Assembly: GCF_018977255.1 (NCBI RefSeq)
Contig: NW_024704742.1
Span: forward strand, 17,858,001 to 17,922,000
Origin: Callorhinchus milii
Taxonomy: Eukaryota
Reading direction: 5' to 3'
DNA length: 64,000 nt
Positions 1 through 13,850 of the stretch are shown here, in pieces (the first letter of the stretch is position 1; every line of letters begins with the position of its first letter). The notes beneath the pieces are model-generated. The model ran no database searches. It had not been told where the DNA came from and saw nothing but the letters and a program-made list of their open reading frames with translations. The position numbers and the translations under genes are program-made.

Positions 1-1384
1 ACATTTTACTTTACCGTGGTCACAAAAACAATACAATTTATAATACCTTTCACATCAGGAGGACCTTTCAAAGCTCTTAAAACAGCCAACAACTATCATA
101 ATACCAAGCAGCATAATATTCACTATTTATTTGCACTTTTCACTTCAGAGACATCTCAAAGCTCTTCACGCAGCTGACTGGGTGCCCAAACTGGAGGAGG
201 GTAGAAGGCAGCTTTGATGAAAGAACAGTTGAAAAGACAAGTCTTAAGGTGGGATGTGAAGGCAGGGAGGGAGGGGTGAGATGGACGAATCTCAGGATAG
301 AGGTGTAATGAATGGGACAGAATGAATGAAAGTTCAACTTGTGGGAGTGGATTTTCATTTTGCCTATTTTTCCACCACTAAAACTCCTTCATTCCGTCCT
401 CTCCTGTAACGATCGACTCTTTCCTGGGGTATGGGTTCATGGCCACTTTCACCCTCCCGTATGTTGCTCAATTGGCTATGGCTCATGTGCAAAAGCAGAC
501 TGAACTTCGGCAGATTGTTCAACTGCAGGAAGATTCAGAGATGAATCTAAACCTTTCTCACTTGATGGTCACACATGCATGTACACCTTCCACCAGGGCT
601 CATTGGAACATTGATCAAGAACTGAAACTTAAACCAGGGACACTGAAGTCAATTATTCGCTGTGCCAATTGAGATCAGCTAACTCAGCACAGACTGTGAA
701 AACGTATAAGCTTCTGTTCTGCATGGCTTAGTGCTGCACCAGGTGGTTTTACCCAATAAGCTCATTTTACACTTCGCCAACATAGACCTAACCACTAATG
801 CTTCTTCATCTAACAATGCCACTGAAAATGGCTAAAGAAATATTATTGAATAAGGATCTACAGATTTCCGTCTCATATGCTTCTGATTTAGGAGTAAGTT
901 CCAAATTTCCACAACTACTGGATGCCCTTTTAGTGCAAAATAGTGCAACAGTCTGATTATGGAGCTTGAAATGAACAGCCAGATAGAATTGTACTTATAT
1001 ATTGAGTCTTACACAATTTGGCACTTTTTTGTGTTTTTCCCAGATAAGTGAAATCTGAACCTGTTCTAAGTTTGACAATTGGTGAATGTTACCTTCAGTA
1101 ATATCCAGAAAAAAACATTGACAGCTTTGCTGAGAAAGTTCCCTTTTCTAAACCACAAGTGAAGGTTACCCCAATGAAACCTCTTTCATCACCAATGATC
1201 AACACGAATGGTTGACAGCGCGACCAGTCCCCAGCACCACGATGGAATTCTCTCCTAACACGAGACATTCTACAAACCCTAACCAAGCACAAATTTGTTA
1301 TTAAAAAAAAGCTGAAAGAATTAAGTGCCGAGCTTCATAAGACCAAAACTACATTCTGCTCTAGTTGTGAATTGAATGCCTCCT

Positions 1385-1968
1385 CCACTCTGATATTAGC
1401 TACTTGTCACCTCCTACCTCAATTATTCCAGTGCCCTCCTCGCTGATCTTCCCAGCTCCACAATTCATGAAATCCAATTGATTCGAATGTTGCTGTCCAT
1501 ATCCTCACCTGTACCAAACTCCGCATCCCAATCACCCCAGTCATTTCTAGGCTCCACTGGCTCCCTGATGCAGAATGGATCGATTTCAAGCTCCTCACAC
1601 TGACCTACAAGGCACTTCATAATTTAACACCTCCCTACCTCTCTGTCCTGCTTACCCTAGACTCCTCTACCTGTCCCCTTCACTCAGATGGCTCCAATTT
1701 TCTGCATGTCCCTCATCCCCTTCACTCTAATATCAACAGCTGCGCTTTAAACCATCACGTCCTGAAACACTGGAACTCCCTGCCTCAATCCATCCACCTT
1801 GCCCCATCCTTGGCTGTCTTCAGATTGGACCTAAAGACCTTCCTCTTTAACTGTGCCTATGATCACCTTCCCTCTCTCCCAGGCTTTGCGTCAAGCTTCA
1901 CCACTGTTGTGCACCCCAAGACACAACCCAGATAAACTATGATGCATAAATGCAAATCGTTGATGTTG
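1385..1968 (+). mobile_element. Older L2 LINE 3' fragment
   Basis: Degenerate match to the L2 copies above (ctccactggctccc, tggaactccctgcctcaatccatcc) with a decayed tail. Confidence 0.8.
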
Positions 1969-3189
1969 CAGCTAGCAGATTGATTTGAAACAAGATGGAT
2001 TTTTTTAAAAAAGAATTAACATCTTATGAAAGTCATTGTTCTGTACAGTTGTCTATTTTTACATGGTTAGTTAAGCCCACAATGGCATTCTCATTTAAAC
2101 AAAATTAATTTGGAATTTATTCTCGGATAAAGGTTCAATTTAAAAAAATCAAGGTTTAATAAAAACCTATGCCAGTATTGTATTGTGCTCTGTTATCATT
2201 TCGGTAGAATACTATCAATCAATGACTTCTCTTCAGCAAATGCCATTCACCACCCCATCCCCATTCAGATTGTAAGGACAAGCATTTCTGACTGAGAAAA
2301 TTTCTGATTTTGCATTCATTTAAAATCAATATTTGTTTACTAGAAATTGGATAGACTACCAAGCATGGAAAAGCGCCACAGGACCAAGTTATCCAGCAGC
2401 GATTTTATCATCTCATAAGAATGCCTAGTCCAGTAATCAATTCACGAATAACCCCAACCATCAAAAACAGTTCTACTAATTTTTTTTATTAGTATTCTGT
2501 TTCTCCCTATGGAGACCAAGTCTGGCACAGGCAAGTACTTGATTCAGAGCAGGGACTGAGCCTGATGGGCGTAGCACTGCACAATTGGAAACAGAATCTA
2601 TTCATACGGATACTGGTCTTGGTGACAAGAGATATTAAGAGAACAAAAAAGTGCCAAGGCCAATTTTCTTAAAGAAACATGAATATTCTTTACCAATAGA
2701 ACTTTTTTAAATTAAGTTTGGTCCATGAAATTACTTTCATGCCGTTTTGCCATTCTTCAGATCTTTTGATTGTATATTGTTAGTGTGTTTGACATTTGTT
2801 GTTAAAAAAAAGTTGAATTAGAGGGCAATATTAAGTGTGCAAAAGACAAAGCTACATTATTTACATCAGGTCACTGTCCCTTTAAGAAATTCATGCCCGT
2901 TTGGGTCAGATGTTGTTTCTCAACTATGTCTTGTTCTGGATTTATACCCTCACTTACTTCACAGCAGCAAAATATCACAAAAAATATTAAAACTAATATT
3001 TCCAAGCAAGAAGAAAGCTGAGGAGATGAGTCCCAAGCAAGTCCTTTATACACAAGGTCTGACCTCAGACATGTGTGGGGCAAAAGAATATAATAATTCA
3101 CAGAAGTGAAAAATCAAACTCACAGTTTACCTTTTGAAGCAATTCAGTGTTACTCTATCCTAGCAGAAGGTCTAATTCTAATAGGGTCT

Positions 3190-3551
3190 AATAAAAGGTC
3201 TTGACAGGGTAGATCCCGTGAGACTGTTTCCCCTGGTTGGAGAATCTAAAACTAGGGGTCATAGTCTCAAGATTAAGGGTCAGCCTTTTTGAACCGAGTT
3301 GAAGAAACATTTCTGCACTCAGAGGGTAGTGAATTTGTGGAATTCTCTACCCCAGAAGGCTGTGGATGCTCAGTCCTTGAACATATTCAAGACAGAGGTT
3401 GATAGATTTCTAAAGGATAGAGGGATTAAGGGATATGGGAATAGGACAGGTAAATGGAATTAGGTAGAAAATCAGCCATGATCTTACTAAATGACGGGGT
3501 AGGCTCGAGGGGTTGAATGGCCTACTCCTGCTCCTATGTCTTATGGTCTTA
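3190..3551 (+). mobile_element. CR1-clade LINE 3' end
   Basis: aaaactaggggtcatagtctc (TRGH), ttctgcactcagagggtagtgaatttgtggaattctctacc, tail ggctcgaggggttgaatggcctactcctgctcctatgtcttatg. Confidence 0.9.
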
Positions 3552-5164
3552 TTCTTTCACCATGATAGATGAATTGGTGCAAATCAATTAAAAAGCCATG
3601 CAATGTGGGGGTTCTTCATGCTGATATTAAACCCAGAATAGGTGGACACAAAATTATGCAAAACTTTATTCAATTTACAAGAAAAAAGAAGTCTGCTTGG
3701 TCTCTAAATTGTTTTACTCATACCTCTGAGGCTCTATGGCAGCAGAGCAGAACATCTGCACAGCTACTGCACAACCTTCATGGAATTAGGCTTCAGATTT
3801 TTATTCAACCAAGAGAATTATTCACTTGACATAATACATGTTACAATCTAACCTTGTTTTGCAATGCCCCAAGAAAACATAGTCCAGAGATGGTAAGTCA
3901 CACTAGGCCCTGTGGTTGAACAGTGACATGTTTTAATGACAGAGTTTTCAGAAATGGTGGTGTCCTCACAGGTCCTCAGAGAAATGGAATTGAATTTCCT
4001 TTCCATCAAACATTGCCTTAATTTACCCATGTCTGATACTGTCTTCAAAGGTGGCGGATGGCTTGGGATTGAGAAGGCTCAGCTTCCTCCCCCCTCAATC
4101 TACAGCTTACCTAGCCTGTCTTTTAACTGAGTTTTACTTAGCCACCCTCTGCCCCCCCACCCCCAAAGAAATATTTTCACCTGCTGCCTATGACTGTTCG
4201 CTGACATTAGAGACAGTGAAAGATACAGCTGGAGGTTACAAATCCCTCTTCAGCATCTTAGGACGTCCTCCCGACGTAAAACATGCTATACAAATGTTGT
4301 TGTTATTTTCATCTTCATCTTCAAGGATGTACTGTACTGTACTGATCACACAGCTTTTCAAGATGGCTCAACTTCTGGATTTCCCTCCCATGATAGTACA
4401 GCTTAGATCAGCATTGGGGGACGAAATCTGTTCATGGGGATAGAATTGTATCTCTATCCTCTACTGCTGTGGTTACATTTCATGCTCCAGCAACTTACTG
4501 CCCCTATACCCTGTTTAACAACAAAGAAAATAATCTTTCATGGCAAAACACCATAGAAAGATAAGATTACGGAGCGGCACATCACATTTTAATGGAAAAC
4601 AATTCATTCAGATGATAACTTAAAAGCAGAAATAAGTGTTCTGGTTAATGGGTATCAGGTCTTTCAAACTCAAGAAGAGTTGCTGACAATGTTTATACAA
4701 TTTTGATAGAAGCCCATGAGTAATGAGCAAGCAAAATGAAGACAAATTTCAAAGCAATGTGTACCATTCCTACAAACACAGGAAAGCCTTATAACTGGAA
4801 CTGGTCACAACACAGTTTGCTCCAAATTTTTAATTCCAGTTTAAATCAATATTTTCCTCCTGTTGGGTCTCCCCAAAATTATTTCCTATATCTTAGCAGA
4901 TCTAAAATGGGTGATAAGGAGGAACTTATTATCATTATTATAACTTCTTCACACAGAGAGTGGTGAGAATGTGGAACTCCCTGCAGAAAGCTGTTTGAAA
5001 CAAAAGGCATCAACGTGTTTGAGAGGAAACTTGATGCATACATGAAGAAGACAGTTATAGAGGGTTTAGGAAAGGGACTAGGAACGGTGGAGGCTCATGC
5101 GGAAAATAAACATTGGCACGGAATAGTTGGGCTGAATGGCTTCTGTGCTGCAATTCCATGACTT

Positions 5165-5613
5165 TGTTCATGGTCCACCTCAAGATTTACCTCTTTAACC
5201 ATCTTTGGGTCATGTTCCCCTTCCCAACCCCCTCAGCTCCCATCTACAAGTCGAGTGCCAAGCCACTATTTTTAAAAGCCTTGGCCATTCCTCCACATGT
5301 GAAAAAGCACTATAAAAAATGTAAACATGTATTGTACTGTACTGCCTTGCTTCCTCCCTCTCCTCCTTCAAGGCCGGTCTCAAAACCTTTCTCTTTGACC
5401 GAGCCTTCAGCTCCCCTCTCGACTCTCTTCCCCCTTCTTGCTCCCTCCCTCCCCTCACCCTAACCATTTCCCCCCTCCTCGCTCCCTCCCTTCCCTCCCC
5501 TCATCCTGACCATTTCCCCCCTGCTCGGGTCATGACCCAACTGTGCAGCGCCTTGGGACGTCCTCCTGACGTGAAAGGCGCTTTATAAATGGAATCTTGT
5601 TGTTGTTGTTGTT
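5165..5613 (+). mobile_element. Two consecutive L2 3' ends inserted in a CR1 tail
   Basis: The second (5340-5613) ends cagcgccttgggacgtcctcctgacgtgaaaggcgctttataaatggaatc(ttg)n. CR1 3' sequence precedes it at ~4945-5160. Confidence 0.7.
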
Positions 5614-6580
5614 CTACATAACTCTATGTAGTAAATGCTCAGCCAACAGAAAGCCAATAGATACACCTGAAGAGGAGGAGGCATTTGCTATCTGGTATAA
5701 TTAAGGACCAGCTCTAAATTTGTGATGTTTGATAATGCATTTGATGTGATAATGTATTCAACATTCAATGTGATAATTTACATCAAATGCATTACGAAAC
5801 AGTGTGAATGTCATCTCTATACTTGACAGATCTCGCTAACATTTTGCATTTCGTTTGGGCAGAATTAAGAATTTTACATTGTTCTCTTACTTGCATCTTT
5901 GATCAACAAAAATACAGCAAAAAGATGGATTTTTAAAAAAATTTTGGATTGCTAGCTGGTTTACAAACTAAAATACGGTGAATGCAGTACAGCTTCTTTT
6001 GTCTTATTAAAAGCTGCCACGCAAGTCTGTAACAATGATTATTAAATCACACCCATGATTCCTTCAGTAATAATGTTATTAGATTAGATGGATTTCTAAT
6101 CGACCACAAATACAGTCAATTAACTTTACAGTATATTCTATGAAGCACTTTGAGACGTCTAAAAGATGTGAAAAGTGCTATATCAAATGCAAGGATTATT
6201 ATTATTTAATTATTATTTCAAACTCTTTCAATGTGACAAACTGTTATTCAATATTCCATGTAACCAGCTATTAAAGATATATTTAAGAACCTATCAGAGA
6301 AGTAGGTGTACCAAGGGTGCAGTACTTTTGATTCAAGAAATAAGCAGACTACATAAACATTCATCTCTTACAGAAATAACCATGTCACAATGTTATAAAT
6401 TTATGACATTGTCATGCAAGAAAGCCTCAACAGATTAGTTCAAGAAATCACCTGAATCTGAATGAAATTTTGCTCAAGTATCAGATGAAATGTAAATTTT
6501 ATACAAAATGTGAAAATGAATTATGAAACAATCATCTCACATTCACTATAATTAAATATGCCAATTTCTTCACAGCTTAC

Positions 6581-6611
6581 CCGATGCAGAAAAAAATGGG
6601 TCGGTGCGCAT
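6581..6611 (-). CDS. Candidate alternative first coding exon (MRTDPFFSAS + 1 nt, phase 1)
   Basis: caagATG...TCG G|gtaagc. A at -3, in-frame stop upstream, same phase as the 43932 exon, and non-repetitive, locally CpG-retaining sequence at ~6570-7050. Confidence 0.4.
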
Positions 6612-7689
6612 CTTGCAAGTGAATCCGTGAAAACTACAGACAAGGAGCTAAATATTCATCTTTTGTTAATGGGAACTGTATGAGAGAACAATACACCGAT
6701 CTCAAATCCAGTTAAAGAACAATGGCATATCCTTTCACTTTGGAATACAGCTTCTCAGGGTTTAAGCAATACACCATAATCTTGTTACAAAAGAGAACGT
6801 CCTGTTTGATTGACGTTGCAGTGTCCGGCCACCGCGACCCTTTGTCTAGCTTCTTGGGAGAGTTGGACGAGCAATCTGGGCTTTGAATTGCTGCTGAGCT
6901 GGCTCAGAATCTCCAATAACAGAAGAGCAATAGAGAGGCTTATAGCCTAGTAGCAAAGACAGAAAAATCTGTTGTTAGCTGAATCACGGCAGCTATCCAA
7001 TATGGTGCTTCCCAGCAGATGGGGCCGGGCAACACTTGCACCCCAGAGACCTGGCCCCATATGTTAACTAAAGTAATCAAAGCATTTTCTAATCGCAATA
7101 AGCAGACATGCAGTGATCAGTGGTCAATCCAGATGCAATTACAGGACCGTATCTCTTTTAACAGTTTCACTTTAAATATGTGCATTGAATTGTACAGACA
7201 ATTTTGCAACAAGGGTTTGCCAGGAACATTTTGTGGCAGTGAAAAACAAAGAGCTTTTACTTAATGGATATCACTATCCTCTTGGTGCAGTAATGCGCTC
7301 GAATGCGAATGTTCTATATTAACATACTGTGCACAGGACTAAGAGATTGGAAGGTACCTACTTGTGACAATAGAATAATGCATAAAAGGGAAGAGTGACA
7401 ACAATAGATTTGCAAGATATTTGATTGACAAAAAGTGTGGTTTACATCAGGCTGTCAGTAAGACAACAACAACAACATTACACTTGTATAGCGCCTTTCA
7501 AGTCGGGCATTATTTGATATTTATTTATGGACATTTTAAAAAAAAGGTTTAGATTTGATAATTCGGCACAACCTCTGCGTTTGCTTCTCAGACTATATTT
7601 GCTATACAGATAAAATATTTTGGTGGCTCACTTGAACAGACCACATCGGCTATGAGTCTATGCTTACCCCTTTTGTTTACATTTGCTCC

Positions 7690-8020
7690 CCACCTCTCTA
7701 ATCTGCTCCACGTCCCACTCCTCTATCGGTCATCCTTGCTCAGCTGGCTTGCGTCTTCTGCATGCTCCTCGTCTCCTCTGCTCCACAATTGATGGGCGGC
7801 TGGCTGTGCTTTGTGCTGACTATGCCCCGAGGCTCTGGAATTCTTTGCCTCAATCCCTTTGTGTTACCCCCTTTTCGCTCGTCTTCAAATCACACCTGGA
7901 GACTTTCCTCTACAGCTGTGCCTTCAGGTATCTGCCTCCCTTTCCAGCTCAGCATCAAACTACATCATTGTTAAGCGCTCCAAGATGCTACCCACTTTAT
8001 AAATGCAAGTTGTTGTTGTT
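7690..8020 (+). mobile_element. Old L2 3' fragment
   Basis: APRLWNSLPQSL...FKSHLETFL, ending tataaatgcaagttgttgttgtt. Confidence 0.75.
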
Positions 8021-8910
8021 ACATCGTTTCTTATCTATTGTCAAATGTAGAAGAGAGGATGAGAGGGGAAGGAGATTTTTGCCTATTTTGACAAAACAAA
8101 AATTTGGAAAATTTTATAAATGGAATGATCTACATTGTATTTTGTTTTGCTATCTAATCAGGTAGAATTCCCAAAGGAAAAACTCACCACAGTAATTACT
8201 GTTAGGTTAAGAAATGGCTTAAATTCGAAGAATGATTGCACAACATAAGAGCAACATTAGAACACATCTCAATACCAAACTCATCTCATATTTAATGATA
8301 GGAGCATTTCAAGGAAGCCATGATTTTAAATATAATTTCAGTAATTTCCAGGTCATAAAAAGACTTAATTGGATTTGTAGTTCGCACAAGCAATATCACT
8401 GAGTGAAAAAAGATATCACCGAGGGAATATCAGAATATCACATCAATGTCACGAAAGGCATTGTATATTCTAGTGTATGTTACTCAGCAATATACTAATT
8501 TTTGCACCCGAGTGCATATTTATGATCAGTTAGATCCATTCCTCAAACATGTATATGCTCCTGCTGTAGCACTGGGAAATAGACTCACTGAAGAAGGATG
8601 CTCAGATCATCACTTCTTCACTTGTACACAATCCCTGCCCTCCTTTACAGAATAAGGGATAAAAAAAGTGATCCAAAAGAGTTCAAAAGTAAAATCTGGA
8701 GTTCCCACCAAGACAAAGCAAAGGTTTGCTTTTTGTTATTTAAATATTGACAGTGTCAGGAAGGAAACATTAAAAAAAAGTATCCAAACTTGTTGATAGT
8801 GCTTTTGGTACAGCATCAACAAGAACAATCCAGTATCTCTACAGAGGAGCTGACAGACCACTTCACTACCTTCAGGATACAAGGGAGTTAGCCCAGGATA
8901 CAAGGGAGTC

Positions 8911-8979
8911 CCAGCGCCTTGGGACGTCCTCCTGACGTGAAAGGCGCTCTATAAATGGAATCTTGTTGTTGTTGTTGTT
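8911..8979 (+). mobile_element. Extremely 5'-truncated young L2 (tail only)
   Basis: Nearly identical to the tail at ~5546-5613. Confidence 0.85.
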
Positions 8980-9345
8980 AGCATTTTGTCAGACTGTTGC
9001 CATTTTCGGTGGGTTCACAATTAACCATTCACATTTTGGAAATTAAAATGTTCAAAGGATCACAAACTGATCACAAAGGAAGCCCTTTGGCCCATTTGAT
9101 CCCTACCTCTCCGATCTGTTCGCACCTCACTCCATTTGATCTCTTCCTTCTGAATACCCACTCTACCGCCCTGTTCACAACATCAAGTTGTCTTTTTTTA
9201 AAATGTGTCCAGTATTCTGGCCTCAGTCACCCTTTCTGGAAATGTGTTTCAATCAATAATTATCCTCAAGGTAAAGATTCAGAAGCTGAAATTACAATTA
9301 AAATTAATCTAAATTTTAAACATCCCAAACCATAGAAAGGTTTTA

Positions 9346-9667
9346 CTCAGTGGTTAGAGCACTCACTTTGCAAGTGAGAGACCTGAGTTCAATTCCAGGC
9401 AGGTCAGGGCGAAACCTTGGGCAAGTTTCCTTACTCTACACGCCTAATAATAATCCCTCCAAAAAAACCCAAAAAAAACAATAATAAAAATTGGTCATTT
9501 TCAATCTACGACTGTTTGTGGGACATTGCTGTGCGCAATTGGCTGCCGCGTTCGCCCATAAATATACAGTCAATTCACTTTACAGTGTGTTCTGTGAAGC
9601 GCTTTGGGACGTCCTCCCGACGTGAAAAGCGCTATATCAAATGCAAGGATTATTATTATTATTATTA
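9346..9667 (+). mobile_element. Near full-length copy of the same young SINE
   Basis: Closely similar to 40793-41110 in opposite orientation. Confidence 0.92.
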
Positions 9668-12600
9668 ATTGGATTGCTGCCTTATACTGTCCCTGCTAAC
9701 CCCATGCTGCCTGCAAGACACCCTAATCACTGCTGTAAGCTGAATGAGACAGTGCTGTTGATCTAAAATTCTGAGATATACAAGAACACAGAATGGTTTT
9801 GACTTGCAGTTTCAGGACGATTTTAAAAAAATAAACCCAAGGTGGAAACTTGCCTTTCAAAGTATTTTTCAAATATATTCTCATCTTCCCTTTCCCATTG
9901 GTCTCCTGTGTCATGCATCACTTGCAGCAGAGAAAGCTACCTTGTTCCAGACATGTGCCTACACTATTCAGAAAGCGGTCCCTAGGTGGTGTGCGTGAGA
10001 CTAACCACACTCTTTCTCTGATTTTCCTTCACAGTGACAGGCTGCCTTGGTCCTCCCTGGACAACTCCTCAGCCCACTGATGCTCCAACCAACTTCATCA
10101 TTGCAGTGGATGTTTTCCTGACAATTTATGAAAATAAAAACAGGAGCTTCATAATGTATTTGGGATACAATGACCTCAGTGAAACCTCTACTTTATGACC
10201 TATGAACCTAAAGGTTTGACATATGCACTGGTACAAGCTTTTGCTTCTGATGCAAAATGGGCAAACACAGGAATACAAGTTTGCATGCAGACTTTGGACA
10301 GAGCGATGACTAATGACATTGGCACATTTCATTTGCAATGTCTTTTGAAAACCTCCACAATGCTAGTCTCCATGCAAATTTAATGACGGAGCTGGGCCGG
10401 GAACCTTAAACTACTTTGAAGCTGGGGGCAATGAAAAAGACTGGATTGGCAAAAGTAGCTTTTCTTCTTTAAAGAATAAATTAAACCCGATAAAGTTTGG
10501 GGAAAAAAAAGATTTATTTCAGCGTGCTATTTTTAATATGATTTATTCAAAAAATCTGCAGAACACAAGTGTAAAGAAAGAGGTGAGGAAAATTTTCATC
10601 AAGTTGCTGAGGATTACTGGGAATGTCATGGGCACTTCTATAACCACATAATGCAGTCATGGAAAAGTGGCTACACCATTAAGCATGGATACCACTCTTG
10701 ATCGCAGCCAAAAGCCAGAGAAGCTAAAGCAAATCACTTCAAGAACCACATCACACATACTACTATTAATAATTGTAGTGAATGGAAACTACTGTAGCAG
10801 AGAATAGATTGAGAATCTGTACCACAAATAGCTGCTGAAGTTTACTGAATATTAAAATGAACAGCAGTAACTGATTTAAACCATTAACATTCTTGCAGTT
10901 TTACAAATTCAGATTCCAATATCAAATCTGCTTTAGAAGCTCTTCCCAGTCAATGAAAGGTATTATTGTATTAAGTAACGCTAGTCATTTTTTTAATATA
11001 GAAGTTAGCCCCCTGTAGTGCGGCACTGTTCAAGATTCTGTGCCTGGTCTCGTGTCCTGTAAGTAGAGTTAATGTAGTGACTACATATGGTACTCAATAA
11101 AGCCACAATAAAAGCCTCTACCCACAGACTATAATCTATTCATGTCAAAGCAAAGGAGCCTGAGAGGCACAGAATCTCTCAAGCTTGCATAGGACCCTTG
11201 TGGTTTTAGGCTTAAATCCATTGTCTCAACATTTTGGAAAAATTCTTAAATTCGGACTTAATTCGAAAGCTGGTTTCCAAATTAGGTTCAATTTGAAATG
11301 ATTCCAAAATTCTGCATGAAATTACATTTGGTATAAAGACAATGAGGTATGTCAAGTTTTCAGGGTATAAAACCCCCTTTTCCACTCCAAGCAGAGATTT
11401 AAATTTTCAAGTAAAAGATGAAAAATGTCTTTAATTTCCGATTGAAAAAAGATTGCTAAGGGCTGAGAAACACCAATGATAGTGCCAAAGATTTGAGTGA
11501 ATCTAATGGAACGGTTCTTATTAAAAGGCTACCAGCTGGCTCTCCCTTGTGATCTCCCATATGGTGATCTTCGAACCTAATGCTGCTTTATATTTGAAGG
11601 AAGTATGGAGCAGGTTAGGTGTGATGTGCCTCAGAAGACAGGCAGGCAGGAAGAAAGACAAAATAATCTGAGGAAAAAGTTAACCCACACAGTTCCCGTG
11701 CACCCGAGTGATCAACAATAACAACTTGCATTTAAATAGCGCCCTTCAGACAGAGTAGTGTCCCGATCAGTTCAACAGTTAGAGCAGCAAAGACCTGTGA
11801 ACAGTTTATCTCTCTGCCCTCAGCCAGGGCTGGAGGAAAATGTTGGGGCTGGAGAAAGAGTGTAAAAAGGGGCAGAAGAAAATAAAAATATGCAGAGTGG
11901 AAAAGTGTTTTCCTTTCTAAAACTGACACTCGCTGCTTGCATTGGGCAGAACCATTTCCACATTTTGTTCTTCGTGATGCTTTTACACTGACAGGATCCA
12001 TGATTATGCTAATTTCCAAAATGATTAATGTGATTTTTTTTAAAAATCCTCCTACATATGCTGCCTCAATTTGTAAATAGCCTGAAGCAGAGCATTTCTC
12101 ACAGACACAGACTGTATTCGGGCCATTCACTGGAGGACAGACAGCAGGTCCCAGCTGGTGGTGCCACTGCTTTACGCCCTTGCTGGGAGAGGGGGAAAAC
12201 CATCTCACTGTCACTACCTCTACCAATTCACACTCGGCAATCACTGGCTCAGCAACTGCTCGCTATACAACTCCTCCTCCTCCCCGCCGCCCCTTCTTCA
12301 CCCACTCTTCCCATCCTACCATCTGTTACAGCTGCTGTTCAAATGTGTCATTGGATATGTAGGCTAATGTTACATCTGCTCTGCTACTTCTTGAAAATAC
12401 CCTCATTCTCCTGCACCCATCATTCTAGAAAAAAACTAAAACAAAAAACGTTTAACTCAGTTCAAATGAAAGAAGCTCTTTCTACAATGGGTGGGTGGAA
12501 TTCAAAGTTGCATATCTAAATGTGCCCATAAAATGCACACATCTACATCACTTTACAGTATAAAATGTGAAGAGCTTGGAGACATCTTGACTATATCAAA

Positions 12601-13694
12601 TGCAAAATTATTATTACATACCCACACACCCATACATACATAGACTGACAGGGCGCAGAAATAGGCCACTCTGCCCAACTAGTCCATGCCAATCTGTATA
12701 TTACACTCCCCTATTCCTCTCTCCCATACACCTCTATTGTCTTCTCCCTCATGTGTGCATTGATTTATTTTAAATACAATGGTGCTAAAACAAACAACCA
12801 CAGCTTCCAGCAGTGAGTTCCACATTATACTGTAAACTCTTGATAACTCATCACTCCAAGGGAACAAAGCTCAGCAGTGAGTTATCTAAAGTGGTGAATA
12901 AGGCATAGGTCCTCCTGGGCCGCAAGAGGCACTGTGAGTGACACGGGCACTCATGTCATATGTTCTGCAGAGGTCTCTGATCCACTGGAGGGTCTCGCCG
13001 TGGCCTCCCACCCAATATTGTGACACACAATTCAACTATCCAAGCATGTCACCTTGTTGCCAGCACAGCCCCACTGCAATGCTTTATTATCTCCTCCCCA
13101 TGATTGTCACTAGCTTTACTGAACTGACGTGCTTTCCTCCAAATTGCCAGATGCACATTGTGCCCTGAAATGCATTGTCAGGTGGTTGGAAAGGGAAGTG
13201 TACATCTGAGGGTCAAAATACAGGCACAAGCAAGAAAACATGAAAATGCCCATGGCTTGACAAACTTAAAGGAATTTTAATCTTTTCCTGTTCGTGCACA
13301 GTGAAATGTAAATGCTAGACGTTTAGAGAGAGCAACGTGTGCTTCGAGTCGTTACCACTTCCAAATTGTACTGATTGAAAATTTAGTCCATTTAATTAGC
13401 AAACCACTGAAACCTGAAATTCGTCATCTGAAACATATATATATTCTGTGTGTCCCTACTGTGTTAAACCCTTACACGGAAAAATCCCACTGACATAGGA
13501 TACACTCCATTACTGTACTTTAATTTTCATCTTGGCAGGCAGTTTAAGATAGCAAAATTACTGTACTCCAGCAAGCAGATTAAAACCAAGGAGACTCATC
13601 CCTTGAGATTCCTGCAATTCCTTCTCCAGGACCATACCCTCTTCTCCCGCTTCCACCAGTTCGAAGCGTTTGGCTCGGCAACCTTAGGACTGGA

Positions 13695-13850
13695 CAGATC
13701 CAATTTATTAATCATTTTGAATCCAATCTAGTTTATGCACTGCAGGCTTTGCCCTGCAACCATTCGAACGATTGTCAGATCCAATTTCTTAATCATTTTG
13801 AATCCAATCTAGTTCATGCACTGCAGTTCATGCACTGCAACCATTCGAAC
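13695..13850. repeat. Local tandem duplication, period 81 bp
   Basis: cagatccaattt(a/c)ttaatcattttgaatccaatctagtt..cattcgaac starts at 13695 and again at 13776. Confidence 0.9.

Noticed and set aside
1088..1292. Minus-strand donor GAAG|gtaac with an upstream short ORF
   Set aside because: The ORF stops just before the donor and the phase-1 frame has no ATG after its stop. A non-coding exon cannot be excluded but is unsupported.
3124..3190. Donor TCAAAAG|gtaaac resembling the end of AFAP1 exon 2
   Set aside because: In-frame TGA a few codons upstream and no MEEL/DHEYL-like sequence.
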